Origin: Clostridiales bacterium
GTDB lineage: Bacteria > Bacillota > Clostridia > Saccharofermentanales > Saccharofermentanaceae
Direction of reading: 5' to 3'
Assembly: GCA_017513085.1 (NCBI GenBank)
Contig: JAFWDK010000031.1
Coordinates: 1 to 49,782, forward strand
DNA: 49,782 bases
The position numbers were made by a program, and so were the translations under genes. Below are positions 1 through 8,630 of this stretch, in pieces (within the stretch, counting starts at the first letter, position 1; each line of letters begins with the position of its first letter). The notes below the pieces were generated by a model. That model was not told the DNA's origin. It did not search any database and saw only the letters and a program-made list of their open reading frames with translations.

Positions 1-27
1 ACTACAAATATATATTGCTTCGGCGAC

Positions 28-69
28 GAGTACCAGCCCAGCCTCGGCTGGGCTGGTACTCCTTTTCTT
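28..69 (+). terminator. Rho-independent terminator of a gene outside the window
   Basis: Perfect 16-bp inverted repeat GAGTACCAGCCCAGCC-TC-GGCTGGGCTGGTACTC followed by CTTTTCTT. Confidence 0.7.
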
Positions 70-236
70 ATTGCAAGAGTAAACTCGACTTTTTCTGCTT
101 TATTCTGTTTTCAAAGTTCAGTGTTAATTTTTCAATCAACGCTTCAATTATTCATTACTTAATTATAAACGCTGTCCGTATATACGGACAGCGTTTTTTG
201 TACCATTGGTTTAGCAAATATGAAAGGAGAATTTGT

Positions 237-1178
237 ATGGAAAACGAGATGGTTTTATTTGAAACAAAGGACAAAGAGATCAAGTTGAACGTGTCTATTG
301 TCGATGATACTGTATGGCTTACTCAAGAACAAATGAGTTCACTTTTTGATACGGCCAGATCAACAATTGCATATCACATCAACCAGATTTTTAAAGAAGG
401 AGAACTGAACAGGGAGACTTCTGTCGAAATTTTCGACAGAAGTACAAATACAGCTTCTCGCCCGCCACAGTACTATAACCTTGATGTTATCATCTCCGTT
501 GGGTACAGAGTGAAATCTCAACGCGGTATTGAATTTCGCCAGTGGGCAAATTCAGTATTGAAGCAGTATATCATCAACGGATATGCCATAAATGAGAAGA
601 GACTTCTTGCCCTTCAGAAGACTGTGGAGATTCAGTCGAGGATGCTCGCGGATACGTTGTCTGTTGAACAGCAGGATGTACTTCGAACGGTGAGTCAATA
701 TACAGAAGCATTGTTGCTTCTTGATCAATATGATCATCATGATCTGGAAAAACCTGAGGGAACAAAGCCTTTATACAAACTCACATACAAGGACTGTCGA
801 GACATTATCTCACGCCTGGAAACGGAATACAAATCAGATGTATTTGGTGTTGAGAAGGAAGCCGGCAAGGTGGAGGGCATTCTTGGCGCAGTTTATCAGG
901 ATGTCTTTGGTGGAGAGGTTTATCCGTCTTTGGAAGAGAAGGCGGCCAATCTTTTATATTTCATCATAAAGGATCATCCCTTTAATGATGGATGCAAACG
1001 AATTGCCGCATCGCTGTTTTTAGAGTTTCTGAATCGAAACGGCTGTTTGTTCAAGAATGGTGAAAAGACGATAAGTGATGGAACTCTGGTTGCGATTACA
1101 CTCATGATAGCGGAATCTGATCCGTCAGATAAGGAGATCATGATCACACTGGTCATGAATCTGATGAATATTAGGTAA
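237..1178 (+). CDS. RhuM-family / Fic (death-on-curing) domain protein
   Basis: RBS AAGGAG before ATG at 237; RhuM motifs 'VWLTQEQMSSLF' and 'YYNLDVIISVGYRVKS'; Fic motif HPFNDGCKR. Confidence 0.9.
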   Translation: MENEMVLFETKDKEIKLNVSIVDDTVWLTQEQMSSLFDTARSTIAYHINQIFKEGELNRETSVEIFDRSTNTASRPPQYYNLDVIISVGYRVKSQRGIEFRQWANSVLKQYIINGYAINEKRLLALQKTVEIQSRMLADTLSVEQQDVLRTVSQYTEALLLLDQYDHHDLEKPEGTKPLYKLTYKDCRDIISRLETEYKSDVFGVEKEAGKVEGILGAVYQDVFGGEVYPSLEEKAANLLYFIIKDHPFNDGCKRIAASLFLEFLNRNGCLFKNGEKTISDGTLVAITLMIAESDPSDKEIMITLVMNLMNIR

Positions 1179-1183
1179 CAGAC

Positions 1184-1217
1184 AAAGACCGGCCAAGAAT
1201 TCCCTCAGCCGGTCTTT
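1184..1217. terminator. Bidirectional terminator (part of repeat copy 1)
   Basis: AAAGACCGGC...GCCGGTCTTT stem; homologous copy at 2663-2696 downstream of guaA. Confidence 0.7.
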
Positions 1218-1430
1218 ATAATTCATATGCAATTGTGTGACTCCCACGCCTTACGCGGGAGTGAATCTTTTTCGACAGCGCCTCTCAAGTAATTGAAAAG
1301 CATTTTGCAGGCGTTGCCTTTCCCCACGCAGGAGTAAAGTCTTTTCGACGTTGCCTCCGCAGGCGAAGCCGAGGACAGCAACAGAGAAAAGAACTTTACG
1401 ACTTATTCCCACTCGATCGTGCCTGTCGGC
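1184..1430 (-). repeat. Copy 1 of direct repeat: orphan guaA 3' end (PTGTIEWE*), bulged hairpin and terminator; att-like site
   Basis: Aligns with 2663-2830; 1328-1405 is identical to 2728-2805; carries an extra ~80-bp insert. Confidence 0.9.
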
Positions 1431-1535
1431 CTGTCCGGAATCCTCGTATGTGCTGGCGGAAGACCTGGCGGGAAGGTGAAGCAGGAACTCCTTGGAAGAG
1501 AACTGCAGATAAAATGCTGATATCTTTCTTTTTTC

Positions 1536-1964
1536 TCAGGCGTACTTATAGGGAGCCCAATCGACGTATCTATCGCTTTTCTCGATCTCGTCTTCGGAAT
1601 CAAACGGATTGATGTAAGACTCCACCCTCCAAAGACCCCATGGCCAATATTCGCGTATGGCAAGACGATTATGATAAGAAATCGATTGAAGCGATCTTGC
1701 TTTATTAACTTCGCGTGTGAGTATCGATTCCAGTTTGTCGATCGTCTTATAGAAGGATTTCTTTTGAAACTCTCCCACCGAAAACCTTACACGTCTCAAA
1801 GCAGAATCCACTTCAATATACACGTAGATATCCTGGCCCAGACGGCGGTCACAAGTGATCTTCTGAATGTGCAATCTGTCACAGAATTCCTTCATGTAAT
1901 CATATCGCTTCTTCTGTTCCGGGTTGCGTGCCGGATCACCCTCGAATACAAGATTCCAGGCCAT
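1536..1964 (-). CDS. Hypothetical protein (142 aa)
   Basis: Strong RBS GGAGGT upstream of ATG; protein-like composition; no recognised motif. Confidence 0.65.
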   Translation of the reverse strand: MAWNLVFEGDPARNPEQKKRYDYMKEFCDRLHIQKITCDRRLGQDIYVYIEVDSALRRVRFSVGEFQKKSFYKTIDKLESILTREVNKARSLQSISYHNRLAIREYWPWGLWRVESYINPFDSEDEIEKSDRYVDWAPYKYA

Positions 1965-2054
1965 ATCCTACCTCCAAAGTCGCGAGCCGATCACTTCACG
2001 ACTTACGTCCTTACTTTGCTTTCCTTGTCTCACAATTGTATTCTTCGAATTCTA

Positions 2055-2561
2055 TCAAGATTGTATCATGCTTGGCAGGATCATGTTGATGCGGTCCCAT
2101 TTTTCTTCTTTATAGGGAAAAGCACCGGGGGCTGTATTCCGTTCACTAAAGCCTGCTTTTTCATAGCATCTTTTCGCGCGCGGATTTGCGGAAAAGACAT
2201 TCAAGTGAACAGCGGCGGCTCCCGTCTTTTCAAAAGCATATTGCGCGGCAAGATGCAGCATCTCCTGCGCCGTGCCTTTCCCGCGCTGCTCGGGATCGAC
2301 GACGATGAATTTCAGCATGCCTTCCATCGTTTCCTCGTTCTTTCCGTAAAGGAAGAACCCGACGATCCGTCCGTCCTCGTTTTCCGCAGCAAAAGCACTG
2401 TCGCCTTCTTCTTTCTGTCTTTTCAGAAAATCCTCGAAATCTTTTCTTTCCATCGGGAACCCGATGCGGTTCGCGCTCCACATCGCATGCGTGCGCTCAT
2501 CCGTGATCCAGTTCCGGATCACCTCGAAATCCATATCTATATCAAATGCTCTCAGTTTCAA
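2055..2561 (-). CDS. GNAT family N-acetyltransferase
   Basis: 'VDPEQRGKG' acetyl-CoA motif A; 'N.RAKRCYEKAGF' motif B. Confidence 0.9.
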   Translation of the reverse strand: MKLRAFDIDMDFEVIRNWITDERTHAMWSANRIGFPMERKDFEDFLKRQKEEGDSAFAAENEDGRIVGFFLYGKNEETMEGMLKFIVVDPEQRGKGTAQEMLHLAAQYAFEKTGAAAVHLNVFSANPRAKRCYEKAGFSERNTAPGAFPYKEEKWDRINMILPSMIQS

Positions 2562-2662
2562 AACAAAAGCTTCCTTTCACGTATAATGAACTACATTTTA
2601 ACGCAAACTCCTATCCTTTTGCAGTAATTCATCTTCCGATTTCGTATCCTTGATAGGATAGA

Positions 2663-2830
2663 AAAGACCGGCCAAGGATTTCCTCAGCCAGTCTTTCTTC
2701 AGTCATATGCAATTGTGTGACTCCCAAGCAGGAGTAAAGTCTTTTCGACGTTGCCTCCGCAGGCGAAGCCGAGGACAGCAACAGAGAAAAGAACTTTACG
2801 ACTTACTCCCACTCAATCGTTCCTGTCGGC
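2663..2830 (-). repeat. Copy 2 of direct repeat: functional guaA 3' end, hairpin and terminator
   Basis: Aligns with 1184-1430. Confidence 0.9.
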
Positions 2831-3783
2831 TTTGGTGTCAGATCGTAGAGTACGCGGTTGATGCCCGGTACTTCGGTGATGATGCGGTTGACGATCTTGC
2901 CGAGGAGTTCGTACGGAATCTCTTCGATCGTTGCGGTCATGGCGTCGCGTGTGTTGACGGCGCGGATAACAACGAAGTTCTCAAAAGCTCTGACGTTGTT
3001 CTTTACACCTACGGACTTGTAATCCGGAACGAGTGTGAAGTACTGCCATACTTTTCCTTCGAGACCGGCGTTAGCGAATTCTTCACGGAGGATCGCGTCG
3101 GATTCACGTACCATCTCGAGACGGTCACGGGTGATTGCACCGGTGCAGCGCACGCCGAGACCCGGGCCCGGGAACGGCTGACGGTAGACCATGTTGGCCG
3201 GAAGACCGAGAGCTTCACCGACAACACGAACTTCGTCTTTGTAGAGGAATTTCAGAGGCTCAACGAGACCTTCAAAGTGGATATCGTCCGGGAGACCGCC
3301 TACGTTGTGGTGCGCTTTAACAGGACCGGACTCAAGGATATCCGGATAGATGGTACCCTGAGCGAGAAAGTCAACGTCCGGAAGCTTTCTGGCTTCTTCT
3401 TCGAATACACGGATGAACTCTTCGCCGATGATCTTTCTCTTTCTCTCCGGTTCTTCGACGCCCTCGAGCTTCGTCAGGAAGCGCTCTGTAGCATCTACAT
3501 AAACGAGAGTGGCATCCATCTGGTTTCTGAAAACTTCGATGACCTGTTCCGGTTCGCCTTTTCTCAGAAGACCATGATTAACGTGAACATTGATCAGGTT
3601 CTTGCCGATGGCTTTGATGAGAAGCGCGGCAACGACGGATGAATCGACACCACCGGACAGGGCCAGCAGGACTTTCTTGTCGCCGACCTGTGCTTTGACA
3701 GCGGCGATCTGCTCAGCGATAAAAGCATCGGCCAGTTCGCGGGTGGTAATTCTCTGCATGTCCTCAGGACGTTTGTTTTCCAT
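2803..3783 (-). CDS. guaA: GMP synthase, ATP-pyrophosphatase plus dimerisation domains only (no glutaminase domain)
   Basis: SGGVDS PP-loop, LAQGTIYPD, HHNVGGLP, QPFPGPGL, C-terminal KPTGTIEWE; RBS AAAGGAG before ATG at 3783; 326 aa. Confidence 0.93.
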   Translation of the reverse strand: MENKRPEDMQRITTRELADAFIAEQIAAVKAQVGDKKVLLALSGGVDSSVVAALLIKAIGKNLINVHVNHGLLRKGEPEQVIEVFRNQMDATLVYVDATERFLTKLEGVEEPERKRKIIGEEFIRVFEEEARKLPDVDFLAQGTIYPDILESGPVKAHHNVGGLPDDIHFEGLVEPLKFLYKDEVRVVGEALGLPANMVYRQPFPGPGLGVRCTGAITRDRLEMVRESDAILREEFANAGLEGKVWQYFTLVPDYKSVGVKNNVRAFENFVVIRAVNTRDAMTATIEEIPYELLGKIVNRIITEVPGINRVLYDLTPKPTGTIEWE

Positions 3784-3975
3784 AAGCGGTACTCCTTTGT
3801 ATCGTAATAAATTGAATACAACCATCATAACGCAAAAGCACTATCCCACGCAATGAAGAAATCATTCTTTCGATTCTGCGTTTTTTGTTCATGGAATGTT
3901 CTTTTTTCTGCCGAATTTGTTGCCGAATACAAAAGAGGTTGTCTGATATAATTAGAATAATTACGTTTCGGGGGA

Positions 3976-5085
3976 ATGTTTAAACGTATGCTGGAATTAA
4001 ATGAGAATATTAAGGAAACATTGCGTGCTAGAGAGATGACACAGAAGCAGCTGGCTTCATATCTGGGTATGTCCGAGTGCTCGCTTTCCCGTTATTTGAA
4101 GGGAACCAGAATGCCCAGACCGGAGGATGCGCAGAAGATTGCGAATTTTCTCGGACTTTATCCGAAGGAGTGGTTCGCCGGCTCGGATTCGGAAAACGAT
4201 GAGCAGGTCAATGATTCCAATACACTTCTTAAGCCGTCCCGGCAGGTGTGGGAGAAGCTCCGCACGTGGCCGGAAGCAATTGAAGCTTTGTCTACGACGC
4301 ATACTATTTCCGTACAGGATATCTGTCAGATCCTTCATGCTCCCAGAAGCTGGGTGAACCGCTTTGTGCTTCCGCATGTCGACAAGATCTATCTTCCTGA
4401 CGGTAAGCGTGCCGGAAAAGAAGTGAATACGAACTGGAAAGAAGTAGCAGCGATCCAATTGGGAAAGGACATGCAGGATTCGACCTGGTGTAATAAAGAG
4501 GACTTCGAGAATCTTATTATGGGAAGCATTATTTCCGTAACCAAGCAGACGAAGCTTATTCCGGCGGAACTTCTGGTTCAGGACAAGAAGGCTTTTGCCG
4601 AAGAATATAACTCTTATACAGAAAAGATGGAGGAGTTGGTAGGCTATCTTAAGCAGTATCCGGATTCTCCGATGGACAAATATTCGGAATTGGCGAATCT
4701 GAGAAAAATGCAGAAACAGTGTTATCGCCGTCAGCTCTCCAATGAAGGGCGGCAGATCCTGCGAAGCAATATGCCATCGGCGGCTACTCCGGATAAGACG
4801 AAGAGCATTCCGGTAAGACTTCCGTCTGTACCGATCGAGAAATGGATCGCTCCGGAGGATATGAAGGATTTTGCTGAACTCGAGGAGACCGGGCACAAGT
4901 ATTTCTTCAAAAACGGCTATGTACGGATCCTGTTGTCATTTGTTGAGGCCAATGGCAATGCTGTCAAGAAGATGTTCTACGTGGCGGATGCGGAAACTTT
5001 ATACCACAAATACGTCGAGGAGTATGTGCTCATCAGTGAAGAAGTCTGGCAGATGTATGCGATTCGTCTGATGTCCAGAAGATGA
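3976..5085 (+). CDS. XRE-family HTH protein with large unknown C-terminal region
   Basis: N-terminal 'MTQKQLASYLGMSECSLSRYLKG.RMP' HTH. Confidence 0.75.
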   Translation: MFKRMLELNENIKETLRAREMTQKQLASYLGMSECSLSRYLKGTRMPRPEDAQKIANFLGLYPKEWFAGSDSENDEQVNDSNTLLKPSRQVWEKLRTWPEAIEALSTTHTISVQDICQILHAPRSWVNRFVLPHVDKIYLPDGKRAGKEVNTNWKEVAAIQLGKDMQDSTWCNKEDFENLIMGSIISVTKQTKLIPAELLVQDKKAFAEEYNSYTEKMEELVGYLKQYPDSPMDKYSELANLRKMQKQCYRRQLSNEGRQILRSNMPSAATPDKTKSIPVRLPSVPIEKWIAPEDMKDFAELEETGHKYFFKNGYVRILLSFVEANGNAVKKMFYVADAETLYHKYVEEYVLISEEVWQMYAIRLMSRR

Positions 5086-5206
5086 TTTCCCTCCTTCCCG
5101 GCAAAAATTCCCGGCGCTCCATTCCTGATCTGGACGGAGTGGAAACGCCGTTGTGTTCTTTTCGTGTATAATGGAAAGGAAATCTGGCAGGAGGCGTCTT
5201 AGTTCG

Positions 5207-6088
5207 ATGGATTATAGTGTTCTGATGTCCGTCTATTCCCGTGAAAAAGCGGAATACCTGAAGCAGGCTGTAAGCAGCATGCTGGCGCAGACGATCCTGC
5301 CCAAAGAATTTGTGCTTGTATGTGACGGACCACTGGGTCCGGAGCTGACAAGTGTTGTCGAAGAGTATGAAAAGAATTCTCCTGAACTGTTCAAGATCGT
5401 TCGTCTTCCGGAGAACCGGGGACTTTCCGCGGCATTGAACGAGGGACTGAAAGCATGTACCTGCGACTGGATCGCCAGAATGGACAGTGACGATATTTCC
5501 CTTAGCACGCGTATCGAGAAGCAATGCAAACTTGCACAGGTGACGGGCGCAGGATTGTTGTCCGGAACTGTAGCCGAATTCGGCAGACTCCGGGAAGAGA
5601 ACGAAAATGCCTCGGAAGAACGGGCTGTCCTGTCAATGCTCATACGTGCGGAAGCAGGCGGCCTGGAACTGCCGAAAAGAAGTCTTCCGGAGACGGATGA
5701 AGAGATCCGGAAATTTGCAAGGAAAAGAAATCCTATGAATCATCCGGCCGTTCTGATGCGTCGGGATGCTGTGAATGCAGTAGGTGGGTACAGTACGGAT
5801 TTCCCGTATTTTGAGGACTACGATCTGTGGCTGCGAATGCTGAAAAACGGAGTGAAAGCCGCCAATGAGAAAGAAGTGATCCTTCTGATGCGGGCTGACG
5901 AAGGTCTCTATGACCGGCGCGGAGGAAAAGAATACCGTGCATATATGAAAGCATTCCGGAAGCGTATGCTGAGAGAGAAAGATTGCTCAAGGTGGGACTA
6001 TATCTCTTCCCTGATCGTCCGTTCGATAGTAGCGATCGTGCCTACCGGTCTTCGGAGAAAATTCTACGGAAAGGTGTTGCGTAAATGA
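5207..6088 (+). CDS. Glycosyltransferase family 2 (AmsE-like)
   Basis: 'YSVLMSVY', 'IARMDSDD', 'NHPAV', 'EDYDLW'; start moved to ATG 5207 after AGGAGG. Confidence 0.9.
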   Translation: MDYSVLMSVYSREKAEYLKQAVSSMLAQTILPKEFVLVCDGPLGPELTSVVEEYEKNSPELFKIVRLPENRGLSAALNEGLKACTCDWIARMDSDDISLSTRIEKQCKLAQVTGAGLLSGTVAEFGRLREENENASEERAVLSMLIRAEAGGLELPKRSLPETDEEIRKFARKRNPMNHPAVLMRRDAVNAVGGYSTDFPYFEDYDLWLRMLKNGVKAANEKEVILLMRADEGLYDRRGGKEYRAYMKAFRKRMLREKDCSRWDYISSLIVRSIVAIVPTGLRRKFYGKVLRK

Positions 6089-7170
6089 AGATCCTGATCG
6101 ATGCGAGAACATTCGGAACCAGACCCAGTGGCATAGGGATCTATGCCTATAATTTCCTGTGCGGGATACTTCAGGATTTCGAAGTGATCCTGGTGACAGA
6201 CCTGTCGACCAGTTCCGAGATGCAGAACCTGAAGAAGAAGGGTGTGCGCATCATCGAATACGGAAAGGAAGTATACCGCAGTTCGGGCGTTTTTGCCTAT
6301 TTCCGATTCGTCCGGAAGATCTTGCGGGAAGAACAGCCGGAGTTATTCTGGGAGCCGAATATCCTGGTACCGATCGCGCTTTCCGGATTCCACGGGAAAA
6401 CCGTGATCACGATCCATGATATGTTTCCGGTAACGATGCCGCAGTATTTCGGTGCGAAGTACAGTACATACTTCAAGTTCATGCTGAAGCGGACGCTTCG
6501 CCGGACGGACCTGATCCTTTATAACTCCTACGAAACAAAGAATGAGACAGAACAGTTCTTCCCACGGGCGAAGAATGTGGAGAACCATGTGCTCTATATT
6601 ATCATTCCGAAGGCGTCGTACGAAGGGGAGATTTCCGATGACGGATACTTCTTATATATAGGGAATGTGGAGAAGAGAAAAGGGGTCGATATCCTTCTTT
6701 CGGCCTATGCGGAATATGCGGAAAAAGGTGGAACGAAGAAACTGGTCATTGCAGGAAAGAAGCGCGGTGAAGCTGATGTGGACGCGGCGCTGGATGAACT
6801 TGCCCGGAAATACCCTCAGCAGTTTACATACAAAGGGTACGTGACAGATGAAGAGAAGAATGCACTCTATGCCCACGCGGGGACAGTGCTTTTTCAGTCG
6901 AGAGCGGAAGGCTTCGGACTTTGTGTGATCGAGGCGATGCAGTTCGGAAAGAAAGTGCTGGCGAGTGATCTTTCCATCTTTCGTGAGATCGTGGGCGATG
7001 TGGTGAATTACTTCCCGCTTTCCGGTGGAGCGGAGGCGCTGTCTGAGGCGATGACGAAAGAATTTGCGGCACCGGACCTTTCAAAATATGAAGAAGTTAT
7101 GTCGCGGTATTATCCGGAAACTCTTGTGCCGAGGCTGGTTGAAGTCCTCGACAAGGCGGCAGGAAAATAA
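6085..7170 (+). CDS. Glycosyltransferase family 4
   Basis: 'TIHD', 'GNVEKRKG', 'EGFGLCVIEAM'; ATGA overlap with the GT2 gene. Confidence 0.9.
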   Translation: MKILIDARTFGTRPSGIGIYAYNFLCGILQDFEVILVTDLSTSSEMQNLKKKGVRIIEYGKEVYRSSGVFAYFRFVRKILREEQPELFWEPNILVPIALSGFHGKTVITIHDMFPVTMPQYFGAKYSTYFKFMLKRTLRRTDLILYNSYETKNETEQFFPRAKNVENHVLYIIIPKASYEGEISDDGYFLYIGNVEKRKGVDILLSAYAEYAEKGGTKKLVIAGKKRGEADVDAALDELARKYPQQFTYKGYVTDEEKNALYAHAGTVLFQSRAEGFGLCVIEAMQFGKKVLASDLSIFREIVGDVVNYFPLSGGAEALSEAMTKEFAAPDLSKYEEVMSRYYPETLVPRLVEVLDKAAGK

Positions 7171-7192
7171 TTTATTTTTTTTCAAATAGCAG

Positions 7193-7219
7193 GTAACGTT
7201 TTCCGAAAACAACTGTTTA
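7193..7219 (+). promoter_or_regulatory. Possible ECF-type autoregulatory promoter
   Basis: GTAAC-N16-TGTTTA just upstream of the ECF sigma gene; resembles the generic AAC...GT ECF layout. Confidence 0.3.
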
Positions 7220-7243
7220 ACTAACAGAAAGCGAGGAAACAAA

Positions 7244-7747
7244 GTGAGTGATCTGAATGACTTGGAAGCAGTATATAAACGGTATTCGCTTCCGCTGAAA
7301 AAATACATCATGACGTTATGCCACGATGATTTTTTGGCAGACGATCTGGTTGCAGATACGTTTTATCGGGCGATCACTCATGCGGACTCTTGGCGTGGCG
7401 GGAATGTCTATACCTGGCTATGTACGATCGGAAAGAATCTTTTTCTGAATCACGTCAGGCGCAAAGAGTATCAGAATGTTTCTCTCGATGACGATGAAAA
7501 CCCTTTCGTGATACTGGTCTTTGATGATCCGAATCTGGCTATCGAGAGGGAAGAGCAGAAGACATACCTACAAGAAAAACTGCAGGAATTGTCGGACGTC
7601 GATCGAAAAGTGGTATACCTTCGAGCGTACGCTGACCTTTCCTTTAAGGAGATAGGAGATGTCCTCGGAAAAACGGAGAACTGGGCGCGTGTGACTTTCT
7701 TCAGAAGTAAAGAGAAGCTGCGTCGCCGGATGGAAAGGATGGATTGA
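7244..7747 (+). CDS. ECF RNA polymerase sigma-70 factor
   Basis: Region 2 'ADDLVADTFYRA..TWLCTIGKN'; region 4 'LSFKEIGDVLGKTENWARVTFFR'. Confidence 0.92.
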   Translation: MSDLNDLEAVYKRYSLPLKKYIMTLCHDDFLADDLVADTFYRAITHADSWRGGNVYTWLCTIGKNLFLNHVRRKEYQNVSLDDDENPFVILVFDDPNLAIEREEQKTYLQEKLQELSDVDRKVVYLRAYADLSFKEIGDVLGKTENWARVTFFRSKEKLRRRMERMD

Positions 7748-8556
7748 ATATGGAGAATAAACTTTCGTGTGATGTGATCATGGATCTGCTTCCGTCTTAT
7801 GCGGATGGAATCTGTTCCGAAGAAACAAAGAAGATCGTGGAGGAACATCTCGTATCCTGTAAGGCTTGCCAAGCTTCTTATAATGCCATGAAACAGGATG
7901 AAGAGATCTCCGGTCTGCCTGATTTGAAGGCGGATTCCCCGGCTACGGCAAAGAATACAGCGAAGACGGCATCGCCCAAAATCTCCTCGGCCTCTGGTAT
8001 TAAGATCGATGAACAAGAGATCATGAAGAAGGTCAACCGTAAGATGCACCAAAGAATGCTGACCAACGCTATCATCGGAATCGTAGTCGGGGCGATCATC
8101 CTTACGCTGGCGATATTCTTCTTTAAGCCGGGAAGGACTCTGGCTTCTACCGATTATCTGGTTACATACGAAAACATGGATCTTTCCGAACTCGCAGAGC
8201 ATTCTTTCCAGACTTATTTCGATTACCACAGGATCCCGCAGAACAGTATCCTGGTTTTTGAAGATGGAAAGAGTCTTGACGATTGTCTGTTCATTCTGGT
8301 TTCGGTGCCGGGCTATTCCAATGCCAAGGTGGCTGTTGACAAAGAGTATCTGAGCAAAAACCCGCAGATCTGTCTGGTAACGATCTATTCCCATTATGCG
8401 ATCTCTGAATACCGGGACGAAGTTAAAGAAGAAGACGGAAAGAATATTCTTTATGTGGATCATGTCAAGACGCCGATTTTCGGAAGCGGACAGAGCAGCG
8501 ACTGGATCTCTGTAACAACTATAGAAATGTGCCATATAGATGATGTAAATGCCTGA
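7744..8556 (+). CDS. Zinc-binding (zf-HC2) transmembrane anti-sigma factor
   Basis: 'CDVIMDLLPSY...EEHLVSCKAC' HxxxCxxC motif, one TM helix, overlaps the sigma gene stop. Confidence 0.88.
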   Translation: MNMENKLSCDVIMDLLPSYADGICSEETKKIVEEHLVSCKACQASYNAMKQDEEISGLPDLKADSPATAKNTAKTASPKISSASGIKIDEQEIMKKVNRKMHQRMLTNAIIGIVVGAIILTLAIFFFKPGRTLASTDYLVTYENMDLSELAEHSFQTYFDYHRIPQNSILVFEDGKSLDDCLFILVSVPGYSNAKVAVDKEYLSKNPQICLVTIYSHYAISEYRDEVKEEDGKNILYVDHVKTPIFGSGQSSDWISVTTIEMCHIDDVNA

Positions 8557-8630
8557 TATATGCCATCGCCCCGAAGATATGTATGATATAATACCTAAAG
8601 GAGTATGGTACATATCACAAGGGGCATTAC

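Larger units (their letters stand above)
1431..2830. mobile_element. Putative non-autonomous 1.4-kb islet integrated at the guaA 3' end
   Basis: Bounded by a duplicated guaA 3' end offset by exactly 1400 bp; two cargo genes, no integrase. Confidence 0.65.

Noticed and set aside
1403-1663. 86-aa ORF ending in PTGTIEWE
   Set aside because: Chance read-through into the orphan guaA tail; overlaps the 1536-1964 gene out of frame and has no RBS.
1536-2561. GNAT plus small gene as a type II toxin-antitoxin pair
   Set aside because: The partner is downstream, ~90 bp away, and lacks an RHH/DUF1778-like antitoxin pattern; the GNAT looks like an ordinary small-molecule or protein acetyltransferase.
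1671-2627. 318-aa plus-strand ORF across the cassette as a possible integrase
   Set aside because: Antisense to the GNAT and hypothetical genes; no recombinase motifs.
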